64,000 nt of DNA from a virus. Lineage: Duplodnaviria > Caudoviricetes. Position numbers and translations under genes: made by a program. The notes under the pieces were generated by a model. It made no database searches and was not told where the DNA came from. It worked only from the letters and a program-made list of their open reading frames with translations. Location of the stretch: positions 738 through 64,737 of the IMG/VR virus record IMGVR_UViG_3300028586_000003; one strand, 5' to 3'. Position 1 is the stretch's first letter. Every line of letters starts with the position of its first letter. This document shows positions 38,315 to 45,384 of this stretch, piece after piece.

Positions 38315-39279
38315 GATACGGACTCCTTGCCACCAAGCATGCGGATCCAGCGGGCCCCACGGATCGAGCGGGTTGTGCCCACGGTCAGTTCAAAGTCGAT
38401 TTCCACGACCATCGGCGTGCCCTCGTGATTGCGCTGCTCGATCAAGCGGCCTTCTGTCGGTGACCAGCCGCCCGTGATCTTCAGCGGCTTGCTCCCGCTC
38501 GGTTCCGGACCGCGCAGCATCACCGAATGGAGCTTGCCCGCCTTGTGCAGCACGTCGATCACCGAACACGGCGCGCGGAACCGTTCTTTGATCTTCATCC
38601 AGCCCGCCGAGCGGCGGCGTTCGAACGGGCTTCCGGGTTCCTTCGACACCAGCCCTTCGAAGCCAGCCGCCCAAACCTCTCGTGCTTTCGCTAACGTCGC
38701 GGGCCCGTCGAGGAGCCAGAAGTCGAGGAAGCCGACGAAGAGACCCGTTTCGCACCGCACGAACGCCTCGCGCAGGGCCTCCAGCCGCTGTTCGATCGGG
38801 ACAAGGTAATCCTTGCCGGTGACCCACGCGCCATGCGGGATCGCGTCGTAAATCCAGAACGTGCCCTCGCCGCGGCCTGCCTTGAACTCGGCAAGCGTAT
38901 CGGTGAAGCCGTCGTGCGCGGAGTATTCGCCAAAGAATACCATCGGGCACCCCATGAACTCCTCCAGCCGCGCTAGACCGGGCTGGCAGTGCAGGGCGCA
39001 ATCCATCGGCCCGCCTTCGCGCCCACCGATCACAGAGCCGTCAACGTAGATGCCGTTGAGCCCGTCGACCTTGATCTGTGTGACGCGCTTGTGCGTCTTG
39101 GTGGAGCGGCCCCAGTCCTCGAAGCTCGCGGCCTCCCACGTCGTCGACAGCATGCACAACTCGGGCGCGGCGGCGGCTCCGTGGATCATGCGCGGCGGCG
39201 TCGCGGCTGGCGTCTCGAAGCGCGGGGCGTCTTCGTGCGGGATCATGAACCCGGTGAGGGCGTTGAGGAACTTAACCAC
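38311..39279 (-). CDS. ATP-dependent DNA ligase
   Basis: Motif I QIKVDG, III FGEY, IIIa FWIYD, IV FEGLVSK, V WMKIK; start uncertain. Confidence 0.8.
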   Translation of the reverse strand: MVKFLNALTGFMIPHEDAPRFETPAATPPRMIHGAAAAPELCMLSTTWEAASFEDWGRSTKTHKRVTQIKVDGLNGIYVDGSVIGGREGGPMDCALHCQPGLARLEEFMGCPMVFFGEYSAHDGFTDTLAEFKAGRGEGTFWIYDAIPHGAWVTGKDYLVPIEQRLEALREAFVRCETGLFVGFLDFWLLDGPATLAKAREVWAAGFEGLVSKEPGSPFERRRSAGWMKIKERFRAPCSVIDVLHKAGKLHSVMLRGPEPSGSKPLKITGGWSPTEGRLIEQRNHEGTPMVVEIDFELTVGTTRSIRGARWIRMLGGKESVS

Positions 39280-39502
39280 GGGCGAACTCCTGCAATGCGG
39301 CGATGAGGCCGGGGACGGATGCGTGATCGACAATCACGGTCTCATGACCAGTCGCCGCGCTGTTTTGGGTGATCGCAATTCCGCCGTTCTCCATGTCGTC
39401 AACCGACAGATCGAACCACGGCGCGTTCGTCACAGTGATGGGGCCATCAACCACGGGCGTTGTCCTTCTCCATTGCCTTCTGGAAAGCGATGCGATCCAC
39501 AA
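39272..39502 (-). CDS. Hypothetical protein
   Basis: ORF in operon; start uncertain. Confidence 0.4.
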   Translation of the reverse strand: MWIASLSRRQWRRTTPVVDGPITVTNAPWFDLSVDDMENGGIAITQNSAATGHETVIVDHASVPGLIAALQEFARG

Positions 39503-39998
39503 AGGGCAGGAGCGCGCGCAGCGGGATCATCACTTCGCGCCCGCCCGCCAACGCCTGCCGCATGGTCGACTCCCCCTTGCCGAGCGCCTTGCCGACAGCG
39601 CGCAGGGAAAGAGCATCAGGGCTATCGAGCCCGAAGAGCCACGCCAGCGCGGCGCGGTCGTCGTCGGGGATCACCTGGCGGCCCGGACGGCGGCCCGCGA
39701 TGCCTTCGTCTTCCGCATACTCGCGCGCGGCTTCCGACACGGCGCGGCCCAGATCGCTATCGTCGAACAGGCCCAGAGCCCGCTCTAGGCTCGCGCTATG
39801 CAAGCGGCGCGTCTTCGTGCGTTCGCCTTCACGCGCCGAGCAAGCCCGGATCTCCGCCACCCACACCTTGCCGCCGAGCATGCCGTCCGCGAAGTGATAG
39901 ACGGCCAGTTCGGTCCACCGCCCGCGCCCGTCGTGCTCGGATGATGTAGCGGCCACGCGGCGCGCGTTGGTCAGGTCGAGTTGCATGGGGTCGGTCAA
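39447..39998 (-). CDS. Protein with C-terminal HTH
   Basis: LSLRAVGKALGKGESTMRQALAG. Confidence 0.55.
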   Translation of the reverse strand: MTDPMQLDLTNARRVAATSSEHDGRGRWTELAVYHFADGMLGGKVWVAEIRACSAREGERTKTRRLHSASLERALGLFDDSDLGRAVSEAAREYAEDEGIAGRRPGRQVIPDDDRAALAWLFGLDSPDALSLRAVGKALGKGESTMRQALAGGREVMIPLRALLPFVDRIAFQKAMEKDNARG

Positions 39999-40225
39999 TT
40001 TGCGTCTCCGGTGGTAAAGGTTGCGCCCTTAGCGGCGTTGTGAACTGCATCGGTGAGAGCTTCGGGCGAGCATGCCGCGCTGTCTTCAGCGTCTAGCGCG
40101 TCCTCCAGTGCGGCGGCTTCATCGCGAAGCCAATCGATAGGCATTCCGCCCAGTGCATCGAGCAGGGCCCGAGCGGCGGCGTTGACGGTCATCGGCATGT
40201 GCGGGCCTTCAGCGTGCGAGGACAA
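39995..40225 (-). CDS. Hypothetical protein
   Basis: Coupled ORF. Confidence 0.45.
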   Translation of the reverse strand: MSSHAEGPHMPMTVNAAARALLDALGGMPIDWLRDEAAALEDALDAEDSAACSPEALTDAVHNAAKGATFTTGDAN

Positions 40226-40772
40226 GCGAGGGGACGGGCGGAGCCATCAGGGCCGCACCTGCGAACCGTGCGGCGCGCTTCCCCTCCAGACGACGGGCAA
40301 GGGCGGCGGCTTCAGCGCGAGCACCGGCCAAATCGGCCCGGAGACGTGCGTTCTCCGCCTCCACGGCCTCCAGACGTGCCAACAGGTCAGGGGACACCGT
40401 CGCGGCGGCTGGCGATGCCTTAGCGCGCGTTTTGCGGGCGGGCGTGATGCCGGTCCATTCCTTCACCTGTGCGGCGGTCATCGGAAGCTTGCCCGACTTG
40501 TCCACCGGCAAGGGCAGGGTGCGCACGACGTTGCCGCCGTCGTCGAGGATCTCGCACGTTACCGTCTGCGACTGTCCATAACCCGGCATCTCCAGCACGA
40601 GCGCATTGCAGTCGAAAACGCCCTGCGCTGCAAAGCGTGCATCCGGGGAGAGGCACAAGCCACGCGAGCGCGCCAGCCATCGGAGATAGAATTCGCGCTC
40701 CGCCGTGTTCGCGTCGCGTGCCTTCGGGTCAATCGTGTCGATGTAGGGGGTAACGTCCATAATCGTGCTCAT
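40209..40772 (-). CDS. Early hypothetical protein (first gene after hammerhead 1)
   Basis: ATG 40772 after conserved AAACGAAAGAACACACG leader. Confidence 0.6.
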   Translation of the reverse strand: MSTIMDVTPYIDTIDPKARDANTAEREFYLRWLARSRGLCLSPDARFAAQGVFDCNALVLEMPGYGQSQTVTCEILDDGGNVVRTLPLPVDKSGKLPMTAAQVKEWTGITPARKTRAKASPAAATVSPDLLARLEAVEAENARLRADLAGARAEAAALARRLEGKRAARFAGAALMAPPVPSLVLAR

Positions 40773-40798
40773 CGTGTGTTCTTTCGTTTCTGTGCCTT

Positions 40799-40852
40799 GC
40801 CTCATCAGCACCGGAGCGGCGGCCCGGTGGACGCCCTTGCGGGCGTTTCGGC
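40799..40852 (-). ncRNA. Hammerhead ribozyme, type II (copy 1)
   Basis: GCC-GAAAC-GCCC(GCAA)GGGC-GTC^-CACCGG/CCGGTG-CTGATGA-GGC; cleavage predicted between 40830 and 40829. Confidence 0.93.
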
Positions 40853-40853
40853 T

Positions 40854-41126
40854 TCACCAATCGTATGTAGGCAAACCCTCCAGCGTGGGGCCGTCGTTAT
40901 CGAGCATCAGCCAATCGGCACCCGCCTTGCTCGCCATCTCCAGCACGTCGCGCAGGTCGTCCGGGTCACCCTCATGCGGGGCGGAGACGTGCAGGAAGTG
41001 CCCATAATCGCCCTTCAGGTAACAGGACGCGCGGTGGTCCGGTAAATACGAGTTGCACGTCTGGTTAGTGATGTGCGCAGTCGAGATAACGAGCATGCGG
41101 GCGAATTCGAAAGTTGGGCGTGCCAT
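40854..41126 (-). CDS. Early hypothetical protein (STAH-motif family)
   Basis: MLVISTAHIT motif, recalled from mobile-element proteins (DUF5983-like, unverified). Confidence 0.55.
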   Translation of the reverse strand: MARPTFEFARMLVISTAHITNQTCNSYLPDHRASCYLKGDYGHFLHVSAPHEGDPDDLRDVLEMASKAGADWLMLDNDGPTLEGLPTYDW

Positions 41127-41128
41127 GA

Positions 41129-41482
41129 TTAGTCCTCTCCACGATCTGCGATAACGGCGGCGCACGGGGCGCGACTGCAATCGATGCTAGGGCGGTGGCA
41201 TGCCGTGCAATCCTCACCATCAGCCGCCGCCGCGAGGTCGTCGTCCCCCTCTTCGTCCTCTTCGTGCTCCATATCGTGCATCAGCGCGCGGGCCTTCGCC
41301 CACTCCTCCGCATCAAAGGGCTTGCCCGTCGCTTCGTCACGGCGGCGTTGCAGGTGCATCAGATTGGTTACGAGGTCCGGGATGCCGTCGCATTCGTCCG
41401 TGCCGCCCAGTTGCATGAATGCGTCTAGCGCGACCTGTGCCCAGTTAGCGCGGTCCGAGTTGGTGGGTGCTCCGTAGATCAT
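41129..41482 (-). CDS. Early hypothetical protein
   Basis: NSDRANWAQVALDAF...DLVTNLMH; C-terminal CxxC...C. Confidence 0.6.
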   Translation of the reverse strand: MIYGAPTNSDRANWAQVALDAFMQLGGTDECDGIPDLVTNLMHLQRRRDEATGKPFDAEEWAKARALMHDMEHEEDEEGDDDLAAAADGEDCTACHRPSIDCSRAPCAAVIADRGED

Positions 41483-41485
41483 CGT

Positions 41486-42418
41486 TCAACCCTCCTTCGC
41501 GGTGTCGGTGATGGCCTCGACATCGACAGCGCCTTCAATGTCGAAGCGGACATCGTCGATAGTGGGGCGGCCTTCAGCACTGGAGACAGAGTTCCACCCG
41601 TCTAGCGCTGCATCGGGGCTCATGAGGTCCGTGACGCGCAACGCTTCAGCCTTCGCGGCGGCGGCGTTCGGTGCGGTAACCTCGACAGTGACGCACAGGG
41701 TTAGCGAGACATCGAAGCGCTTCACCGGCGGCAACACGAAGTCGGCGAGCGCGCCACACGCCGCGCCTACTGCCATGCGCAGGGTTACCGCCTGTTGATC
41801 GCTCACGAAGTCTAGAATGCTGTCGCTGTCGCTGTCGCGATACGTGCCCACCTGCCAACTATCCGGGGAAGGCATGCCGCCGCCGCCCTCGCACGTCACG
41901 AGCACATAGGAACCGTGCGGCCCTTCGTGGCGGAGATACAGACACCCGCCGCCGCCGTGCTCAACCTGCATGCCCATTTCATCGACCAGCCAAGCGCGCA
42001 AACCAGCGTCGAGGTCGTCGAGGGGCGAACGAAACTCAATCTTCGTGCCGGGGAAGAGGTGCGGAATGCGCGAGGCGCTACGGATGCGCGGGGAATTGTC
42101 GCTCCAGTCGATATTCGCGACGATCCAATCCGGGATGAATTCCCAGTCAAAGCTCCGCCCGTACTGCCCGCCATCAGGGAACTTGCCGCCGTCCGTGTCG
42201 GCATCCTTCCACGCGGCTTCTACGGCGTCCGTCCACCCTATTGCGGTCATGCGCAGGGCGGCGGCTCCGATGGCTTCGCGGGTGGCGCGGATGGCCTTAG
42301 CGGACGGTGCGAGTTCGCCCGCGATCTCGACGCGCTCCATATCGAGCACGGCTTCCCAGATGCTTGCGGCAGTCTCCAGCGCGGCGGCGGGATAGATAAG
42401 GCGTGGGGTGATCGGCAT
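41486..42418 (-). CDS. Early multi-domain hypothetical protein (first gene after hammerhead 2)
   Basis: 310 aa, mosaic of short segments. Confidence 0.6.
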   Translation of the reverse strand: MPITPRLIYPAAALETAASIWEAVLDMERVEIAGELAPSAKAIRATREAIGAAALRMTAIGWTDAVEAAWKDADTDGGKFPDGGQYGRSFDWEFIPDWIVANIDWSDNSPRIRSASRIPHLFPGTKIEFRSPLDDLDAGLRAWLVDEMGMQVEHGGGGCLYLRHEGPHGSYVLVTCEGGGGMPSPDSWQVGTYRDSDSDSILDFVSDQQAVTLRMAVGAACGALADFVLPPVKRFDVSLTLCVTVEVTAPNAAAAKAEALRVTDLMSPDAALDGWNSVSSAEGRPTIDDVRFDIEGAVDVEAITDTAKEG

Positions 42419-42444
42419 CGTTCAATCTTTCGTTTCTAGGGGCT

Positions 42445-42500
42445 GGCTCATCAGCACCCGGACGCCCTGCCCGGATGGACCCGCTTGCGCGGGTTTCGCC
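42445..42500 (-). ncRNA. Hammerhead ribozyme, type II (copy 2)
   Basis: GGC-GAAAC-CCGC(GCAA)GCGG-GTC^-CATCCGG/CCGGGTG-CTGATGA-GCC; cleavage between 42478 and 42477. Confidence 0.93.
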
Positions 42501-42827
42501 TTATGCGACGAACGCCGGGGGGCCGTGGCGCACTGCCCAGATTGCCGCCGGGTGGTTGTAGGGCATGATATCGCCGGGGATCATGCGCCGTTGCACGGCA
42601 TCCGCTGGCACCTGCACATAACGGTGCCGAGCGTCGTGCGCGTTGTGCGTTAATTCGGTAAGCTGGCGAACGCTGGCGACGACGAAGCCCGCGCCGGTCG
42701 TTCCGCTAAGGTCCGGAACCAATGCAATCGCGGAGCCTGCGGGGAGGGTGAAGGGATAGCCGCCGCGTGTGACGTTCGCCCACGCGACTAGATCGAGGTC
42801 GCGGGTGGTGGTGTGCGTGACGCGCAT
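42501..42827 (-). CDS. Early hypothetical protein
   Basis: MRVTHTTTRDL start; TAA abuts hammerhead 2. Confidence 0.55.
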   Translation of the reverse strand: MRVTHTTTRDLDLVAWANVTRGGYPFTLPAGSAIALVPDLSGTTGAGFVVASVRQLTELTHNAHDARHRYVQVPADAVQRRMIPGDIMPYNHPAAIWAVRHGPPAFVA

Positions 42828-42828
42828 T

Positions 42829-43320
42829 TTAGAGCCCCTCCACGCCGAGCGCGGCGCGCATGTTGATGAGTAGGGCGGATATGCCCTCTTGCAGTTCGTC
42901 ACCCTCGAAACCCTCCACGAAGCGCAGGGCGTCACGTAGGGCGGCAATCATCTCGGGGACGCGGGCGATGGCCTCCCCATTGCGGAGCTTGTCCGTAGCG
43001 GCGTCCGCGCCCGCCAGTGAGGCGACACAATAGTTTTGCGGAACCGTGCGGATGGTGTCGGTCTGCGGCTCATACGTCCACTTCGTCGCCATCGGGCTTG
43101 CGGCGAGGCGTGCGGCGCGCTGTTCGTCGTTCTCCGCCTGGCATACGCCGTTGGTGACATATACGCGCTTCAGCACGTCGCGGGGCTGGAGGACGCCAAC
43201 GGCCTCGCGCGCTTGCCGAGCTTCCCGGACGATGCGGGCGCTTTCCTCGCTCTTGCCGTGGATGCCCGAGCGCTGGAGGGCGACGTGCGCGCCCGAGATG
43301 GTGAAAGCATGCCGAGCCAT
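42829..43320 (-). CDS. Early hypothetical protein
   Basis: Coupled ORF. Confidence 0.55.
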   Translation of the reverse strand: MARHAFTISGAHVALQRSGIHGKSEESARIVREARQAREAVGVLQPRDVLKRVYVTNGVCQAENDEQRAARLAASPMATKWTYEPQTDTIRTVPQNYCVASLAGADAATDKLRNGEAIARVPEMIAALRDALRFVEGFEGDELQEGISALLINMRAALGVEGL

Positions 43321-43745
43321 TATGCGTCACCCCCATTGAGCACGCGCAGGGCCGACAGCACCTCTTCGAGGCTATGGCACGCCTTCGACAAGTCCCAATC
43401 GCGTTCGCGCCCGCCGGGGAGAACGTGATAGACGGTGACGCCGTACAGAGCATCGCCCATGAATTCGCCCGCCGACACCTCGACAATGAGGGGGCCCGCG
43501 CCAGTGCCAGCCATCGAGCGAATAGCGATGAGGTCCGGGCTCATCACGTTGGCGGCGCTAAGGCTCTTGTGCTGCTCGCCGCTCAACTGGCGGAGCGCTT
43601 CGGGCTTAGTGACCGCAACGCCGTATTCAGACGACGCGGTGCTTTTGATGGCGGCGCGAGCGGCCGCGAGGTCGCGGTCATACTGGCAACCCGAGGAGAT
43701 GCGCTTATCGACGAAGTGCCCGAGCAGGCGGTTTGCGTGTGCCAT
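43320..43745 (-). CDS. Early hypothetical protein
   Basis: MAHANRLLGHF start; EVSAGEFMGDALYGVTV segment. Confidence 0.55.
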   Translation of the reverse strand: MAHANRLLGHFVDKRISSGCQYDRDLAAARAAIKSTASSEYGVAVTKPEALRQLSGEQHKSLSAANVMSPDLIAIRSMAGTGAGPLIVEVSAGEFMGDALYGVTVYHVLPGGRERDWDLSKACHSLEEVLSALRVLNGGDA

Positions 43746-43749
43746 GTGA

Positions 43750-43896
43750 TTAAGCCTCGAATGCGAGCGAGAGGAACTTGCGGGCGGATGCGACCCGGCG
43801 AGCACGGTTCATGTAGACCGTGTGGAGCTTCGCGCCGTTGGTGCGCGTGCGGTCGCGCTTCTGGAGGTCAACGGGCTTTGCGAGAGATACGGACAT
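43750..43896 (-). CDS. Small basic early protein (first gene after hammerhead 3)
   Basis: 48 aa after conserved AAACGAAGGAACACACG leader. Confidence 0.55.
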   Translation of the reverse strand: MSVSLAKPVDLQKRDRTRTNGAKLHTVYMNRARRVASARKFLSLAFEA

Positions 43897-43921
43897 CGTG
43901 TGTTCCTTCGTTTCAGGGTCT

Positions 43922-43985
43922 AGGCTCATCAGCGGGGGGACGACCAAGCCACCCCGGACACCCGCGCTAGGCGGGCGTTTCGCCT
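43922..43985 (-). ncRNA. Hammerhead ribozyme, type II (copy 3)
   Basis: AGGC-GAAAC-GCCCGC(CTAGC)GCGGGT-GTC^-CGGGG/CCCCG-CTGATGA-GCCT; cleavage between 43957 and 43956. Confidence 0.92.
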
Positions 43986-44422
43986 TACGATTTAGGCCAG
44001 ATCGAACATTCGGCCGCGTGCATGACGCACCCGCCGAGTTCCCTTGCTGCATCCTCAAAAGTGAGGCCGTCGCGATACTGGAAACCATAGATGACGGTGA
44101 AGCGGTCCGGCCCTTGCTGATAGAGGCTAACGCCGAATCGCGGCCCGCCATCGCTCCAAACCTTCACGCCCTTAGCGGACCTGCGCAGGGTGGCGGATAC
44201 CATCGCCTGCGGTACGCCATCCTGCATCGGGTGGTGGTTAAAGAATGCCAGTTCGTGCCCAAGCTCGGGCATCTTACCGGGCTTCAGGGGGGCGGTATTC
44301 TCGCGACCATACACAAGGGCGGATTGCCCTGCATTGGTGGTCACGTAGCACGCGCCCGGATAGCGCCCCATGCAGGAGCTAACGGCCTTGATGCGGGTGG
44401 GATACTTGCCACGGTAGGTCAT
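43985..44422 (-). CDS. Early hypothetical protein
   Basis: FTVIYGFQYRDGLTFEDAARELGGCVMHA C-terminus; TAA abuts hammerhead 3. Confidence 0.6.
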   Translation of the reverse strand: MTYRGKYPTRIKAVSSCMGRYPGACYVTTNAGQSALVYGRENTAPLKPGKMPELGHELAFFNHHPMQDGVPQAMVSATLRRSAKGVKVWSDGGPRFGVSLYQQGPDRFTVIYGFQYRDGLTFEDAARELGGCVMHAAECSIWPKS

Positions 44423-44508
44423 GCGTAAGGGCCCTTGATGATAGCGGTGATGCGGGTGCTGGAGGCGGCGAGCGCGGCCAGTGCGAGGAGGGGAAGCGCG
44501 AGCACGGG

Positions 44509-44793
44509 TTAGGCTTCCGGCTCAAAGGTTGCGCCGACGAATACGGGCGTAAAGCCAGCGCGCGGGGCGTGGACCTTCACGAACCAATCGCGCGCATTGC
44601 TCGCCGCAACCGTATCCATATCGGCAACCCGCATAGGGGCGGTCACAAGGTGGTCAGTCTTTGCATCGTCGCCAACGTAGAAATCGCGGCCATCCTGAAA
44701 GACTTTTGCAGTGGGCAGGGACACAGGGCTGGCCTCACCGGTCACATGGTTCCAAGCGCAGAGCGCGCCGTTGCTATCGCGATAGGTCAGCAT
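44509..44793 (-). CDS. Early hypothetical protein
   Basis: MLTYRDSNG start, TGATG-coupled to upstream ORF. Confidence 0.55.
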   Translation of the reverse strand: MLTYRDSNGALCAWNHVTGEASPVSLPTAKVFQDGRDFYVGDDAKTDHLVTAPMRVADMDTVAASNARDWFVKVHAPRAGFTPVFVGATFEPEA

Positions 44794-44945
44794 CAGCGTG
44801 CAACCCGCGTATCGCGTGCCATCAGAAACAGAGCAGGCGAGAGGCAGGCGACGACAGCCGCGCCGAGCGCATCGCCATCGTGTGCGAGGCAGAGTGCAAG
44901 GCCAAGCTTGCATAGGGTGGAGAGGGTAGCGAGGGCGTATGCCAT
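44793..44945 (-). CDS. Small hydrophobic protein, first ORF of early operon (not in ORF track)
   Basis: MAYALATLSTLCKLGLALCLAHDGDALGAAVVACLSPALFLMARDTRVAR after GAAGGAACGAAC leader. Confidence 0.5.
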   Translation of the reverse strand: MAYALATLSTLCKLGLALCLAHDGDALGAAVVACLSPALFLMARDTRVAR

Positions 44946-45200
44946 GTTCGTTCCTTCGGTTCAGGCCAGTTGCGAACGGGCATCCCGTCGGCTGGCGAAT
45001 CAGTCTTTGGCATGAATGCACGGGGCGCGCAATAGTTGCGCACATCATCGGCAAAAAGATTGAGACAGATCGCACGCGCGCAGGCGACGACGACGCCAGG
45101 CGGGCACGCGCGGGGCTGGTATCTGCGCGCGAATCGGGCGCGGCGCGTGGGTCGCGATCGGTCAGGATGTCAAGCCCTCGAGGGCACCCCCCCCGGGTCT

Positions 45201-45384
45201 GGGTCCTCCCCCCGCGCCCGAATGGGCATAGCGGTGAAGGACCGCTTATTTAGTCAGATCGAGTTCTGGAAATTATTTGCGAAACGACAACGGCCCGTCG
45301 ACTCCACGTTAATTTCCCGCCCCACGAATGAGGCGGCGGAAATTAACGCGGGTCGGAATTGCGAAATTGCGCAAATTCGCAATT
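45201..45384 (+). other. Candidate cos site (cosQ-cosN-cosB arrangement)
   Basis: GGGTCCT 45201-45207 (identical to lambda cosQ), 23 nt, dyad GCGGT-GAAGG-ACCGC 45231-45245, then AT-rich tract with inverted repeats 45307-45348 and 45357-45384. Confidence 0.6.

Noticed and set aside
44946-45000. Ribozyme upstream of the first early ORF
   Set aside because: Shares the leader and has a hairpin but lacks CUGAUGA and GAAAC cores
40000-45000. CTAG enrichment as a marker of the early block
   Set aside because: CTAG also occurs regularly in the structural region; difference not convincing by eye
45140-45173. Early promoter from a perfect TTGACA on the minus strand (45168-45173)
   Set aside because: No acceptable -10 at 16-18 nt; not supportable without TSS data
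45300-45350. CtrA box
   Set aside because: TTAA half-sites are about 30 nt apart, not TTAA-N7-TTAA
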